Shown here: piece by piece, positions 14,632-31,790 of the stretch | Position numbering within the stretch: the stretch's first letter is position 1 | How the letters are laid out: each line of letters opens with the position of its first letter | DNA from: the human T2T-CHM13v2.0 reference genome, Homo sapiens | Direction: 5' to 3' (one strand) | DNA: 64,000 nucleotides | Assembly: GCF_009914755.1 (NCBI RefSeq) | Contig: NC_060944.1 | Notes under the pieces: generated by a model | Told to the model about the DNA's origin: nothing | Database searches by the model: none | The model's input: the letters and a program-made list of their open reading frames with translations, nothing else | Position numbers and translations under genes: made by a program

Positions 14632-14666
14632 CATGTAAAAAGTACAATCCCTGTACTTTTTACATG
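14632..14666. repeat. Perfect 15-bp-stem hairpin
   Basis: CATGTAAAAAGTACA-ATCCC-TGTACTTTTTACATG. Confidence 0.95.
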
Positions 14667-14826
14667 GAGAAAGGTTGAGTCTATCTCTGGGGACCCCAAA
14701 TGCTGTAAGTTATCCCTGAAACAGATTAATAGAGCTTGACAGAACAAAAATAGTTTGGAGAAAACAAATCTGAAGTCGTATTTGCTTCCATCCCTTGAAA
14801 ATGAATAGATCCAGAGAAAGTCAAGT
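14664..14826 (+). repeat. Direct repeat copy 1 (partner 15761-15925)
   Basis: ATGGAGAAAGGTTGAGTCT...TCAAGT, about 85-90% identical to 15761-15925. Confidence 0.95.
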
Positions 14827-14829
14827 AAT

Positions 14830-15060
14830 AAAAATGTATATTTGTACTGTTCAGAGACACTCACATGGGTAATAAAATTAGGAGAAAACCAGGAATGATC
14901 AACATAAAATTTAGGATAGCTATGATCTGAGAGTAGAAGAAGAGGAAAGTAATAGTGGGTCATCTAGGATTTCAGCGATGCTCCATTTCACTCCTGGGTG
15001 GTGAGTACTCAGGGGTCTGTTTTATTAATATTTTTAATCTGCTTATTCACATTTTATAAA
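14830..15060 (+). mobile_element. Old L1M (L1MC/ME-like) 3' UTR fragment
   Basis: GGAATGATCAACATAAAATTTAGGATAG...CTGGGTGGTGAGTACTCAGGGGTCTGTTTTATT. Confidence 0.55.
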
Positions 15061-15760
15061 CTGTCTTACAGTATTTTACAAACTACACAGTTCAGGTTTT
15101 AAAAAAACTTTCTCTTCTTCCCTGAGACTGCTGCAATATATTAGGTTAAACCAAGGTCCCACAAATGAGTTAATTTTACATTGCAAAGGACACACAAATT
15201 TTCTATGTGTTGGAAGTTCTTTCCTGTTTTTGATTGCATGCTTTTCACCCATACATTTTCTTCTTAATTCTTCAAGAGAATGTGGACCGTGGATGTGTTG
15301 CTTCTTTGTTTGGTTGCAGAGGTCTGAGTCTTCAACTGTGTTTTGAAGCATGCGTATAGCACAAACAGCATTGCAAATACTTTGCAAGGAGACCCTGGGG
15401 GACAACAGTGCACCCTATCCCCATTCCACTCTTTTTTTAAAGAAGGAAGATTGACTAACTTTTGAGCATCCCATCCCTAGTGGAGGTTGGAGGAGTATCT
15501 GAGGACTTAAAACTGTGCATTTCATATGCTGCTGAAATGTTATGGGAGTTTTATTTCAAAAGCTGAGGGCTCTGCAAGCTAGGTCTTCTGAGGAACATGG
15601 CAAACTTTGATTCCAGCTAGAAATGAAATGGAATGTGTGAAATAAAGGAGTTGCCAACAGTCTTATTTTTCTTTCCATATATCGCAATGAAAAGGGAACC
15701 TGTTTGCAGTATTTAACATGGAGGAAACCAACATTTCCAAGTGTTATCGAGCACAAGGTA

Positions 15761-15925
15761 ATGGAGAAAGGTTGAGTCTGTCTCTGGAGCCCCCAAACAC
15801 TGTAAGTTATCCCTGAAACAGATTAACAGGAGTTGACAGAACAGAAATAGTGTGGAGGAAACAAATCTGAAGTCACATATTTGCTTCCATCACTTGAAAA
15901 TGAATAGACCCAGAGAAAATCAAGT
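15761..15925 (+). repeat. Direct repeat copy 2 (partner 14664-14826)
   Basis: Shares CTGTAAGTTATCCCTGAAACAGATTAA and TATTTGCTTCCATC with copy 1. Confidence 0.95.
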
Positions 15926-16322
15926 TCAGCTCATATACTTAGCACCTACCTCAGCTCTGCATTCAAATTGGGCTTTATTTTCTACTAATATTTGTTCTTT
16001 TGACAAGGAATATTTCCTTACAATATTCAGTGTTATATCACTCAAAGTCCAGCATACGTTTCCCTTATTTTAATGTGTCCATAATGAACACATTCACATA
16101 AATGAATTTCACGGGTGAATAGGTTTTATTGTTTATAGAACAGCTGTTAATAGAGTCTACAGTCCACAGGAAGAATGATGTTATTTGAATAATATTATAT
16201 TCTGTGTACACATCGAGTTTGTTTCCAATAGATCTCAGGTGGAATATTTTATGCTTTCTTCTTCTTTGTGAATCATAGGAAAAGTATGCTGAATTATTAT
16301 GTTGATGTAATGAAAATACCTC

Positions 16323-16354
16323 TGTGTGTGTGTGTGTGTGTGTGTTTGTGTGTG
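16323..16354. repeat. (TG)n microsatellite
   Basis: Seen directly. Confidence 0.9.
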
Positions 16355-17174
16355 AATCTGGAAAAGTAAGGGAATAAACAAGCAAAAGCAAAAAAAAAGT
16401 GAGCACAAAAGCGCAGTGTTGATTGTATTAAATATTTTTCATTTTCTTTTATTTGTTATTTGTTAATGTATGCTTTGAAATTTCTGTATTGAGAGCATTG
16501 CTAACACTAGAAGCAGAGTATCTGTATTATACAAAATGTTAAGATTAAAAAAAGATAAAGTAGGAAGGAAGGAACACACATGCATAAAATGTGGCATACA
16601 GTGCTAATTAGATTTCATTTTTAAGAAATGTAGCAATTTCTCATTGATGGATAAGTTTGTTTGATTTTCCTAATATTGGCTGTAAGTTTTTTTTTAATAA
16701 GAGAAATTTGATGTTGAGTACATAAACATATTTTGCATAAAAGGTCAGATTTCTGAATTCTCATTAAAAATTTGTACTTTTGGCAAAATTGCATTTAAAT
16801 TTCCATGAAGCATCAATTGGCTAGGGGTCACTCACAGCTGTGCCTTTAGAAGAGCTATCCACTCCCCTTCACCATAGTTCCCACCATTTTCCTGTTACTT
16901 ACCAACATGCAGCCCTCATATTAGTCTCTATTTCCCATCTCTTTTGCATTTCTGCTGCCAAAAGCACAGGGATGGGCAATTGTCTCAATAGCTGGCCCAA
17001 GGACAGGTTAAAAAAGGAGTTTGTAATCACGGAGGACTGTAAAGAAGAAATAGCCCTGGACAGAGGTTTGGTGAGAAAGAGTATTGGTAAATGTGGGCCT
17101 CTAATCCCTGCAGGGTACACAGACAACATTAGCATTGAGGCTCTCCTAGGAATGATACTTGATTTTGGTGAGGG

Positions 17175-17176
<2 letters not shown>

Positions 17177-17212
<36 letters not shown>
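17177..17212. repeat. (TG)n microsatellite
   Basis: Seen directly. Confidence 0.95.
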
Positions 17213-17218
<6 letters not shown>

Positions 17219-19329
17219 TCACATACATGCTTATGTATGTTATATACAATTTCAAAAGTATTACACGTTTATTTGAGAAAATTTGGACCAAAAATAAATA
17301 AATAAAAGTTACCCAAATTCCCCACCTAGAACTCAACATGATTAATATTTTGGTGGATTCCCTTCTTGTTTTACTTCTTTCTTTCTTTCTTTTTACAACT
17401 TTTCACAAAACTAAAGTTATTTTTTACTTGTTTTACTTGAAAATATAGAATTTAACAGGTCCATAACCTTAAGCCTTCTGCCCACATTGTATGTGCTTCA
17501 GTTCCCCAGCTACTCCCAGCTGTTCCCCTTTTCCTCCATAAATCATGAAGCAATGGGCATTTCCATGCATCAGCCCTGCCGTTGACAATGGGGCCGAGAA
17601 GAGCACAGGCTCTTATCCTGCCTGCGTGATAGATAGCATTGAGAAGTTCTGAGTTTGGATGTCGGTTCTGACTTGCCTCAATTCTTCTAATTTTATGTTC
17701 ATTTGTTAGATGGTAATTATGAGTCCCTACTTCACAGGGTTTTCGGAATAAGTGAGACCATCCCAGTAAATAATTTAGAACAGAGCAAATGTAATCAGCG
17801 TTCACCAAACCAAACAAACCTGTGATTGATTGCTGCATCAAAAGATGGCAAAAGACTTTTGATAGCTCTATTGCCAAATTGTCTTCCAGGAACAACCTGC
17901 CAGCGTAAACATTTACCCGTCATGCGTCCAAGTACTCTCTTTGCCGTACATTCCCCAACTCTTGAAAATATTTTCTAATGTACATATTTTTCAAAGTGGC
18001 AGTTTAACATATTTATTCAATGGCTGTTTCAACTTGCTGTGTTTTATCATTACTGACTTCAACATTGTTATATATTTTTAGCTATTTGTGTTTCTTCTCT
18101 TGTCACTGCTTTTTCTTATTCATCCTTATGATTTTTGTGTGGATTAATAAATTACCTTTATGTAATGGGATTAACATATTCTGTCTTGTAAGGCAATTAT
18201 TTTGCTAAGCATGTGGTATGCCTTTCCATTTTTACAGTATATTTTAAAATAAAGTATTTTATCTTTAATGTAATTAATATGAGGTTAATAATATAATTTT
18301 TTTCTTTAAACCAGGGAAATAATTTCTTGAACTATGGAATATAAGCAGACATAATTCTTTTTGGTTTCATTTTTATCATTAACCGCAATCAAGTTACATG
18401 TTGATGTTTTATCTTCTATTGGTTTTATTTTGCTTTGCTTTATTTGTTTATGCAAACTGAGAGGTCAGAACATGTCTTAATATTCCAAATAGTAAACAAT
18501 AGCCCAGTTACAATGTATTGGATAAATCCCCACTAGCCTCTCCAAATTAAATCACCACCCTTAAGCAAAATCAATGGCTAATATAACACTTGACTTCTTT
18601 AGCATCTTTAATGTTATAATTTTAAAAACTGAATATTTGGCTCTAAATTCCAATTTTTAACTTTTCTTAGCCATTTTTAACTATTCATCCTACAACATAA
18701 AGTTTAAAACACTTTTATCTACTTGCAAAAAAATACTATTTACTTTTAATTAAATCTACAAATTAATCATTGTGAAATTGTCATCTTTATAGTATTGCAA
18801 ATTTCTTCCTAGAGGATGTAATGTCATTTATTTACTGATATTGACTTTGTAAATTTCTTATTAAATCTATTTTTCACTTTTTATTTGTGTATTAACTGTA
18901 GTATCTACATTTACTTCATTGTTAACTTTTTAAAAATTTTATTTTAAATTCTTATGGTTACATAGTAGGTGTATATGTTTATGGGGTACATGAGATATTT
19001 TGATACAGTCACACAATGTTTAATAATCACATTAGGACAAATGAAATATCCATCACCTCGAGCATTTATTCATTGTGTTACAAATAATTCAATTATACTC
19101 TTTTAGTTACTTTAAAATGCACAATAAATTATTGTTGACGATAGCCACTCTGTTGTGCTATCAAATACTAGATTGTATTCATTCTATCCAATGTCATTTT
19201 TGTACCCATTAACCATCCTCTCCCCACCCCACCCCACTCCCACCCCACTCCCACCCGACTACCCTTCCCATCCTCTGATAACCATGGTTCTACTATCTTC
19301 ATGAGTTCAATTATTTTAATTTTTAACTC

Positions 19330-23400
<4,071 letters not shown>

Positions 23401-26400
23401 TTTGTTATTTGTTTTCTGGTTGTCTTGTGGTCTTCTCTTTCTTCTTTCCTGTCCTCCTTTTAGTAAAGGTGATTTTCTCTAGTGGTATGTTTTAATTTCT
23501 TGCTATTTATTTTTTGGGTATCTGTTGTATGTATTATGATTTGAGGTTACCGTAAGACTTCCAAATAATATCTTATAACTGATTATTTTAAACTGATGGC
23601 AACTTAACACTGATTGCATAAACAGGCTAGCAAACAAGCAAAGAAAAAAATGAATAAACACTCTACACTTTAACTTTATCCCCTGCTTTTAACTCATTTT
23701 TGTTTCTATTTATATCTTATTGTACTGTCTGTGTCTTCAGACGTTATTGTAGTTATTGTTTTTGATTGGTTCATCTTTTATCCTTTCTACTCAAAATGTG
23801 AATAATTTACCCACCACAATTGCAGTGTTATAATATTCTGTGTTTTTCTGTGCACTTTCTATTATCAATGAGTTTTGCACCTTCAGATGATTTGTTATTG
23901 TTCATTAACGTCCCTTTCTTTTAGATTGAAAAACTCTCTTTAGCATTTCTTACAGGGCAGGTCTGGTGTTGATAAACATCCCTCAGTTTTTGTTGGGGAA
24001 AGTCTTTATTTCTCCTTCATGTCTGAAGTATATTTTTGCTGGATATACAATTCTAGGATAAAAGTTTCTTTCTTTTTCCCTTTAGCACTTTATGTTATGC
24101 CATTCTATCCTGGTTTGCATGTTTGAAGCTCCATTTTGTAGTATTTTTTTCTTTTCTTTTGCTGCTTTTAGGATCTTTTTAAATTATTTACCCTTGGAAA
24201 TTTGATTATTGAATGTCTTGAGGTAGTCTTCTTTGGGTTAAATCCTGGTTTTCTATAATCTTCATATTCTTAAATATTGATATCTTTCTCTAGGTTTGGG
24301 AATTTTTTGTTGTTATCCCTTTTAATAAAATTTCCATCCCTATATCTCCCTACCTCCTCTTTAAGGCCAATAATTCTTATATTTGCCCTTTTGAGGCTAT
24401 TTCCTAGATCTTGTAGGTGTGCTTTACTCTTTTTTCTTTTTTGTTCTCTGACTATATATTTTCTAATAGCCTATCTTCCAGCTCATTAATTCTTTTTTCT
24501 GCTTGATCAATTCTGTTCTAAAGAGATTGTAATGCATTCTTCAGTATGTCAATTACATTTTTCAACTCCAGAATTTCTGTTTGATTCTTTTTAATTATTT
24601 TAATATCTTTGTTAAATGTATCTGTTAGTGTTCTGAATTTCTTCTTTGTGTTATCTTGAATTTCACGTGTTTCCCCAATATGGCTATTTCGAAGTGTCTG
24701 TCTGAAAGCTCACATATCTCTGTCTCTCCAGGATTGGCCCCCGATGGCTTGTTTAGTTCATTTGTTGAGATCATGTTTTCCTGAATGATCTTGATGCTTG
24801 TGGATATTCACTGGTCTCTAGGCATTGAATAGTTAAGTATTTATTACAGTCTTCACAGTCTGCACTTGTTTGTACCTATCCTGCTTAGAAAGGCTTTCCA
24901 GGCATTTGAATGGAGTTGGGTGTTGTAATTGAAACTGCAGTTTGATCACTGCAGTCATATCTGCATTAGAGGGCACCCCAAGCTCAGCAACGCTGTGGCT
25001 CTTGCAGACTCATAGAAGTACCACCTTGGTGGTCTTAGACAAGATCTGGAAGAATTTTCTGGGTTACCAGGCAGAGACTCTTGTTCTCTTCCCTTACTTT
25101 CTTTCAAACAAACGGAGTCTCTCTGTGCCAAGCTGCCTGGAGCTGGGGCATGGGTGAAACAAGCCACCACTTCTTGACCTCTGTGACCACCATCTCTGGG
25201 ACTGCACTGCATCAGACCTGAAGCCAGCATGGTACTGGGTCTCACCCAAGGCCCATAGTAACCATTGCCTGGCTACTGCTGATGTTTTCTCAAGGCCCTA
25301 GGGCTCTACAATCAGCATATGGGAAAGCCAGCCAGGCTTGTGTCCTCCCCTTCAGAACAGCAAGTCCCCCCTAGCCCTGGGTAGGTCCAGAAATGGCATC
25401 TGAGAGCCAGGGTCTGGAGTCAGAAACCTTAGGGATCTAACTTGCTGTATTATACTAAGGCTGAGCTGGCACATAAGCCACAATACAACTTCTTTCCTAC
25501 TCTTTCCTCCTCTTTCCACAAGTTGAGAAGTCTCTCCCTATGGCCACCACCAGCCCAGGCCTATGGCAAACACTGCCTGGCTACACTGATGTTCACTCAA
25601 GGCCCAAGGACTCTTCAGTCAGCTTGTGATGAATGCTGCCAGGCCTGAGTCTCTTCCTTTAGGGCAGTGGGCTCAATCCTGGCCTTGAGTAGGTTCAGAA
25701 ATGTCACCTACAAGCCAAGGCCTTGAATCAGGAACCCCCATGTCCCTGCTTAGTCCTCTACCCTACTGTGGCTGAGTTGGTACCTAAGCTGCATGACAAA
25801 GTCCCCTTTACTCTTTGCTCTCCTTTTCTCAGGCAGAAGAAGCCTCTTCTCACAGCAACCATAGCATGGGAACGTGTGGATCACATTTAACCCAGCATGT
25901 CTCTGAGTCTTACCCAAGGCTCACAGTGAGTACTACCTGGGTATCACTGCTGATTATTTAGGGCCCAAGGGTTCTCTTGTCAGCAGATGATGAATCTTTC
26001 CAGAACTGGATCTTTTCCTTCAAAGCAGCAGTTTTCATTCTGCCCCAGAGAGTATCTAGAAATCCTGTCATCCAGGAGCTAGGGCTTGGAAAGTGGGCCT
26101 CAGGAGTCTAGCCGGTGCCCTGTCCTACCATGACTGAGCTAGTATCCAAGTTTTAAGAAAAAGTCTTCTTTATTCTTCCCTCTCCTCTCCTCAAGTGGAG
26201 GAAAGGAGCCTCTCCTGAAGCTGTGAGCTATGCTGCCTGGGATGGAGAAGTACAAGCACTTCCTTAGCCACCCTGGCTGGTGTCTCACTAGGTCACGTGT
26301 ACCCCAACTTCACTGGCTCTGAGCCCAGCATAGCACCAAGACTTGCCCAGGAATTGCCGTCCTTGTGGCCTAGGTTGCCTTTCAAGTTTGTTTCGAACCC

Positions 26401-27484
26401 CAGATCAGGTTAGCTGTCAGGAACTCAGATTCTTACTGCTAGGACGATGATTTCCCTCTCACTAAGGCTAGTCTAAATGCTTTATCCATGACTGCTGGCC
26501 GAGTTCTGCCCATGTTGCTTTCCACTGAGCCAGGAGAACACTGAGGTCCAACATAAAGTCCTACAATCACTGCACTCTCTCTCTCCCAAGCACACAGATT
26601 CTGTCTCTGCGCCACACAGCCACTGCTGGGGGATGGAGGAGGGATGCTGTCAGCAATTCAAGACTGTAATTTCTACCCTCTTCAGTGCCTTTTTCTGTGA
26701 TACACAGTTAAAATCAGGTACTATGATCACTCACTTGAGTTTTAGTTCTTATGAAGATGATATTTTTTGTGAATAGTTGTTCAATCTGATGTTCCTATGA
26801 GGAGGATGATTGATGGAGGCTTCTATTCAACCGCCTTGCTTTCCCTCTCCCTAAATCTATTTTAAACATTTTATATTTCCATGTCTGTTGTAAATATGAC
26901 CTTTCTTTGGTCACATTTTGTAACTGTTTTGGTCAATACATGGTAGAACTATTAATTTTTATTTTTCACTTTTGTAACTCAATATATTAGCGGACACTAG
27001 TTATTTTTATACTGTGGTTTTACTGGCCTTTTAAGATGCACAATGTGATCTGCAAAACTAATTTAATCTTCTATTCCTGATAATTGTACCATATTGATTT
27101 TTTTTTTATTTTATTGCAAGGGATAGATTTTCCAAATGCTGTAAGGTAGTAGTAGTAACAATGGGCATCATAGCTTTCCAGTTCATGTTCGAACTGAAAA
27201 CATGGCACAATATGGCACAGATCAATCCAGGCCTAAAATTGGAAGTCAGATATGGCATCAACTGGCTGTGCATCAAGATTTAAGTATAGAGTATTATTTC
27301 CATTTTATTTGTAGTAACTGGAAATAGGGAACAATCAATATCAGATAACAATGGTTTGATTAAATTGTTGTGTAGCCATAAGATGAAAGTTTTTGTAGTC
27401 ACTGTAAGTATGGCTTTCAAAGAATTTGTCATGGCACAGGTAAAATTTCTAGATTTGCAAGAAAAATTGAAATGTGAGCTATGA

Positions 27485-27690
27485 CATAAGACCTTGAGTT
27501 CTAATCCTGTCCAGTCCTCAACAGCAGTCCACTTAACCCTCTGTGACTCAGTTTCCTTAACCCTCAGTTTCCTCATTTGTTAAAAGGGGATAATAATACT
27601 GTGTATAGTCTATGGTTTTCACAGCTATAAAATAACACACTGTGGGTATACCTGACATATAGTAGATGGTCATTAAATCATTAGTTGATA
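27485..27690 (+). mobile_element. MIR
   Basis: Core CTCAGTTTCCTCATTTGTTAAAAGGGGATAATAATA. Confidence 0.8.
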
Positions 27691-29084
27691 ACCATTCTTA
27701 CCATCCTGTAATATGCTTCAGGTCTATGACAGAAAATGCAGTAACCTGGAAATTGAATTTTGTTTTTCTTATTGGTGGACTTTGAGGCAATTCCAAATAT
27801 TCTCCTTACATTTTCTTCAGTATTTTCCACAATGTAGCCTTATTTTTAAAAAAATATAATCTGAAAAATAAATAAAAGCAAAAGCAGATACTTTTACTGA
27901 GTGAAGGCTCTATGTCAGGAGGGGTCATGGGAGAAGAAGGAGATGGTTTTGAGTCAGAGGAAGGGGCTGGGACAAGGGGCAGAGTGCAGAGTGGAGAGGG
28001 TGAGGGAGACGTACAGTGTGGATGTTGAGGCTTTATTCACTGGATGGCCTGAGACTCAGCTTCCTGGCTTCAGGCACCCAATCCTGCACAGGGTGGGCAA
28101 GTCCAGCAGTTGAGCTCCAGAGGTCAGCAGGACTTCAAGGCACAGGTGGAGCTGAGCAGGGGTGTGATTAAAGCCCCAGATCTGGATGCCATGCCCCAGG
28201 CTTAGCATGGAGAGTATGGAGCTGCAGGATTCCAACTCCCCAAAAGCCAATAGATGGATATGCTGGATGATAATATTATCTGAATCTCTGTATTTATCCC
28301 ATTGCTGACATTTTGTCTGTGACAGAATGCTTTATGTTCTTTTGAGATTTTTTTTGCATCCTTATTTGTCTTTTTCCTCTATTTATCTTCCCGTAGATGA
28401 TTTCAGAAGTTTTTTCCCCTCTAAGAGTCATTCTGCTTTATTTTCACATTTCCATTAATTATTTATCAAATATATACTTTTATACAACCAGTTTCTTCAT
28501 TTCTATTTGAATAGTCTTGTTTCTTTATAGCATGTTTTTCAGTTTTGCAGAATACTGCATTCTAAAAGGATATACCAAGTAAATTCACACATATCCAGTA
28601 TTTACCCTGTTTCGTCAGATATGGTTGCTTTGGAAACACAGGAAATGACGTGGCAGATGCATCAGAAATCTATTCGGCATCATTGCACTTAATGATTCAG
28701 ATGCTGTGAAAAATGAGTTGCACTGATTGCAAAACCCAATCAACACATACAGCGTTGTTTTAACTGTATTTCTAAAATACTTAGTTCTTTTCGCGGTAAT
28801 GATAAAACATTTTTATTGAAGAAAATATGTGGTGCAAAAAATAAATAAGAAAAAGTCGCTTATTATCCCAACATTCAAAGATAACCACTTTCATTATTTT
28901 ATAAATTTGCTTTTTCCCATTCAAAAATACTTTGTTTGCGTAAATATGTGTTTGCAATTTTTACATAATCAGAAAGCATCCACAGTCTTTGAGAGATCTG
29001 TGTGCCAGATTGAATGAATGTTTCATACAGAGTTTCAGTCATAGAAATTTTGCTAGATCTTAAACTGGTTCAAAGAGAGTCCCC

Positions 29085-29172
29085 ACCCCCTGCTCCTGAA
29101 TAGCAGCTAGAGCAGTGCCTGGCTGATGGTCAGGATTCAGGAAATGTTTGATGGAAGAATGAATGAATGAAC
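29085..29172 (+). mobile_element. L2 3' end
   Basis: AGCAGTGCCTGGCTGATGG...AATGTTTGATGGAAGAATGAATGAATGAA. Confidence 0.65.
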
Positions 29173-30839
29173 CATGACACTTAAATCAGTAAAAGCCATG
29201 CATGCTAGATATGATCAGTAATTTGTCAGTGCTGCCTTAAAAAGAGAGGCAACCCTTCAGAAAAAGCTGGCCTTTATCTTAGGAGAAAACATTAAGGTTA
29301 GTGAACAATGCTCGGACTTCCATAAAAGGCAGAGACAAAGGTTCTGAGGGTACCTCTGCTCCTGAATTTATGTCAGAGACGCCTGTGAGAACACTGAGAA
29401 CAATGGTCTGGCTACTTATTGGGATGAGGAGTCCGAAAATATGAAGAACAAAATACAAAGTAATATCTCAATAAATTATCTGGCCTCAGCAGTTCTCCAA
29501 GCCAATTTGGAATCTGTTTGTTTGAAGCTACGGGGAACATCACAGCTTCTAAACTTAGGAAACAGTGCTGAGTTTTGGAAGCGGATCCGTCTTCACAGGC
29601 ACGGTCCCTGCCTTGCTGGGATTCCAAAGAAGAATTGATGAAGTTGACAACTCACTTGGCCATTTGCTCCTGGAGGAGCTGGTCCTGCTGTACGGAGAAG
29701 ATGAGCAAATGTAGACTACATTTGCTCAGAAGGAGGCTGCCGTGTGAAGGCTTTGGGGTTAGACTGACCGGGGTCACATTCATTGATGTGTGACTTTGGA
29801 CACATCTCTTGACACAGTCATACCTCAATATTCCCATCCATGAGACAGGATGTGCCCTTACGGCTCAGGCAGGATTCACGGGTGACGTATGGTTTGTAGG
29901 GCACATAGCACATTCTTCAAAGACCAGTTCCTTCCTTCCCCTGAAACTCCTCTGTTTCACTTCGCAGTGGTGGCTGGGTTAGGGAAACTTCCTCGAGAGC
30001 TTGTGCTTTGTGATTTAAACCATGAACTCTTGCAGACCTTCCAAATTGTTTTGCTTTGCAGGTACAACAAGATAGATAGATTAGGTTTAATTTTGTTTAC
30101 AGCAAATAATGTGATGACTTTTTTTTTTTTTTTTACAGTGGGTTTCAAAGCCACTTCAAACTGCCTGCAAATGGTGGACCCCAATCAAAGAGTTAGTGAA
30201 GTTTTTCCTTAAAATAAGACTCCCAACACATCCCTCACTCTGTGTGGGGATTAGGAGTCTTAGTAGAAACTGCGTATGACATTCAGCCAGCCACGCTAGA
30301 TTCAGAGAGATTTCACAGCAGTTGAACTCTCTCCTCCTGACATCTATGCCTGAAAGCACAGATATCCTAGCTGGTTAAAGGGCAGTATGCATTGCTTCTT
30401 CCAGGAAAAGGCCAACACCTCCCACTGTTGAAAGTATCTTCACACTCTCAATTCATCCTAATGCAAACTAGGACGGTGGCAGAGAATGCCAACAGCCCGG
30501 CCGTCTTCCTGGAAAACTGGTCTGCATGGAAGGAGCATGATCTCCCCTCTTGTCAGAAGGGCTCATGGAGGTCAAAGGTACTTGGAGTTTGTGAGGTTCC
30601 CATGATCCTGTGTAAAGCAGGATGCGAGTTCATTCCCAGTAAACCAAGCCTGAAGGCATTCTGTGCCCTGTGTCTCCCTGCCAAGACAAGAGAGCTGAAG
30701 CCACGTGGTGGTATGGGTGGGCTGCTGGCCATGGCTGAACCAGTTGTCATCAGTGCCATGGTCTTCATCATTGTCTTCGAAGCAGTCGTTCATGTAACCA
30801 ACTCTACATCAGATACTCTAGTGTTTTGCAAAATGCTTG

Positions 30840-31015
30840 GGCTCGAAAGCCCAACTCCTGGTTAGAGTCCTGCCTTTGTCACCTGCTGACTATGTGACCT
30901 CAGGCAAGCTACTTACCCTCTCTGTGCAGCAATGCACTCATCTGCAAAATGGGCAAAGTAATAGTAAGTACTTAATTGGGCTGCTATGATGGAATAAATG
31001 ATACGAAGCCCACAG
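30840..31015 (+). mobile_element. MIR
   Basis: TATGTGACCTCAGGCAAGCTACTTACCCTCTCTGTG...CTCATCTGCAAAATGGG. Confidence 0.85.
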
Positions 31016-31129
31016 AACATTTAAAAAGAGGCAATACACTAAACAGTGATGATTTCTATAATCTCACACAATCTTATAATAGCCCCATGAGTTAAAGGCT
31101 ATTTTTATTCCCATTTAAAAGGTACGTGC

Positions 31130-31790
31130 TTAACACACTTGATTCTAGGGACTGGGGATCCACTTAAGAATCACACCAACAGTCTTTGTCCTCATGGACT
31201 TTTCATTCTAATCCATGAGAACAATCATCAACAGGAAGGCAGATGAGCTCATGGCACAATTTCAGCTCTTAAGAGGTGCCAGGAAGGAAGGTGGGGCAGG
31301 CGGTCTCCTGGGGAGTCACAGGAAGGGGGACCCATCCAACAGTGCAGTCAGAGGAGGAATCTGAGGGTCATCCATGGGGCTATCAGCAACGAGTGAGCTC
31401 CAGGTGACAGGAGTGACAGAGGAAACAGCACATCCTCTGTCCAGGTCAGGGGGGCCCTGGGGCTGAGCTTGGGGACCCAGGGGAGAGTCTTGGAAAATAA
31501 ATGGGGACACAGGCCAGGAGCAGATCAGAGAGTTCCCACCCAGGCCACAGCATGCAGAGTTTATTCTGTGAGTGATGGGAAGCCACTGGAGGGTTTGAGC
31601 CATGGTCAGGGGTGTTAAAAAGAACCCCGTGTTTTCTTGGGAATGGAGGGCCTGAGTGATGCCTGCACCAATAATGGTGGACCCTGGAGAGGGAAGAAAG
31701 ACTCAGGATTGAAGACACATCTTAGCTGCAGAACTGAAAGGTCTTGGCCTTTACTGGATGCAGACAGGAAGGAAAGGTGAGGCTTCCAGA
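31130..31790 (-). mobile_element. L2 fragment
   Basis: TTATTCTGTGAGTGATGGGAAGCCACTGGAGGGTTTGAGC, a typical antisense L2 motif. Confidence 0.7.

Noticed and set aside
16840-17339. 153-aa and 146-aa ORFs
   Set aside because: Kept open by a (TG)n microsatellite translating as VCVC/THTH.
30392-30865. 157-aa ORF with a hydrophobic C-terminal stretch
   Set aside because: Non-ATG start, no recognisable domain, and it ends in a MIR; consistent with chance.
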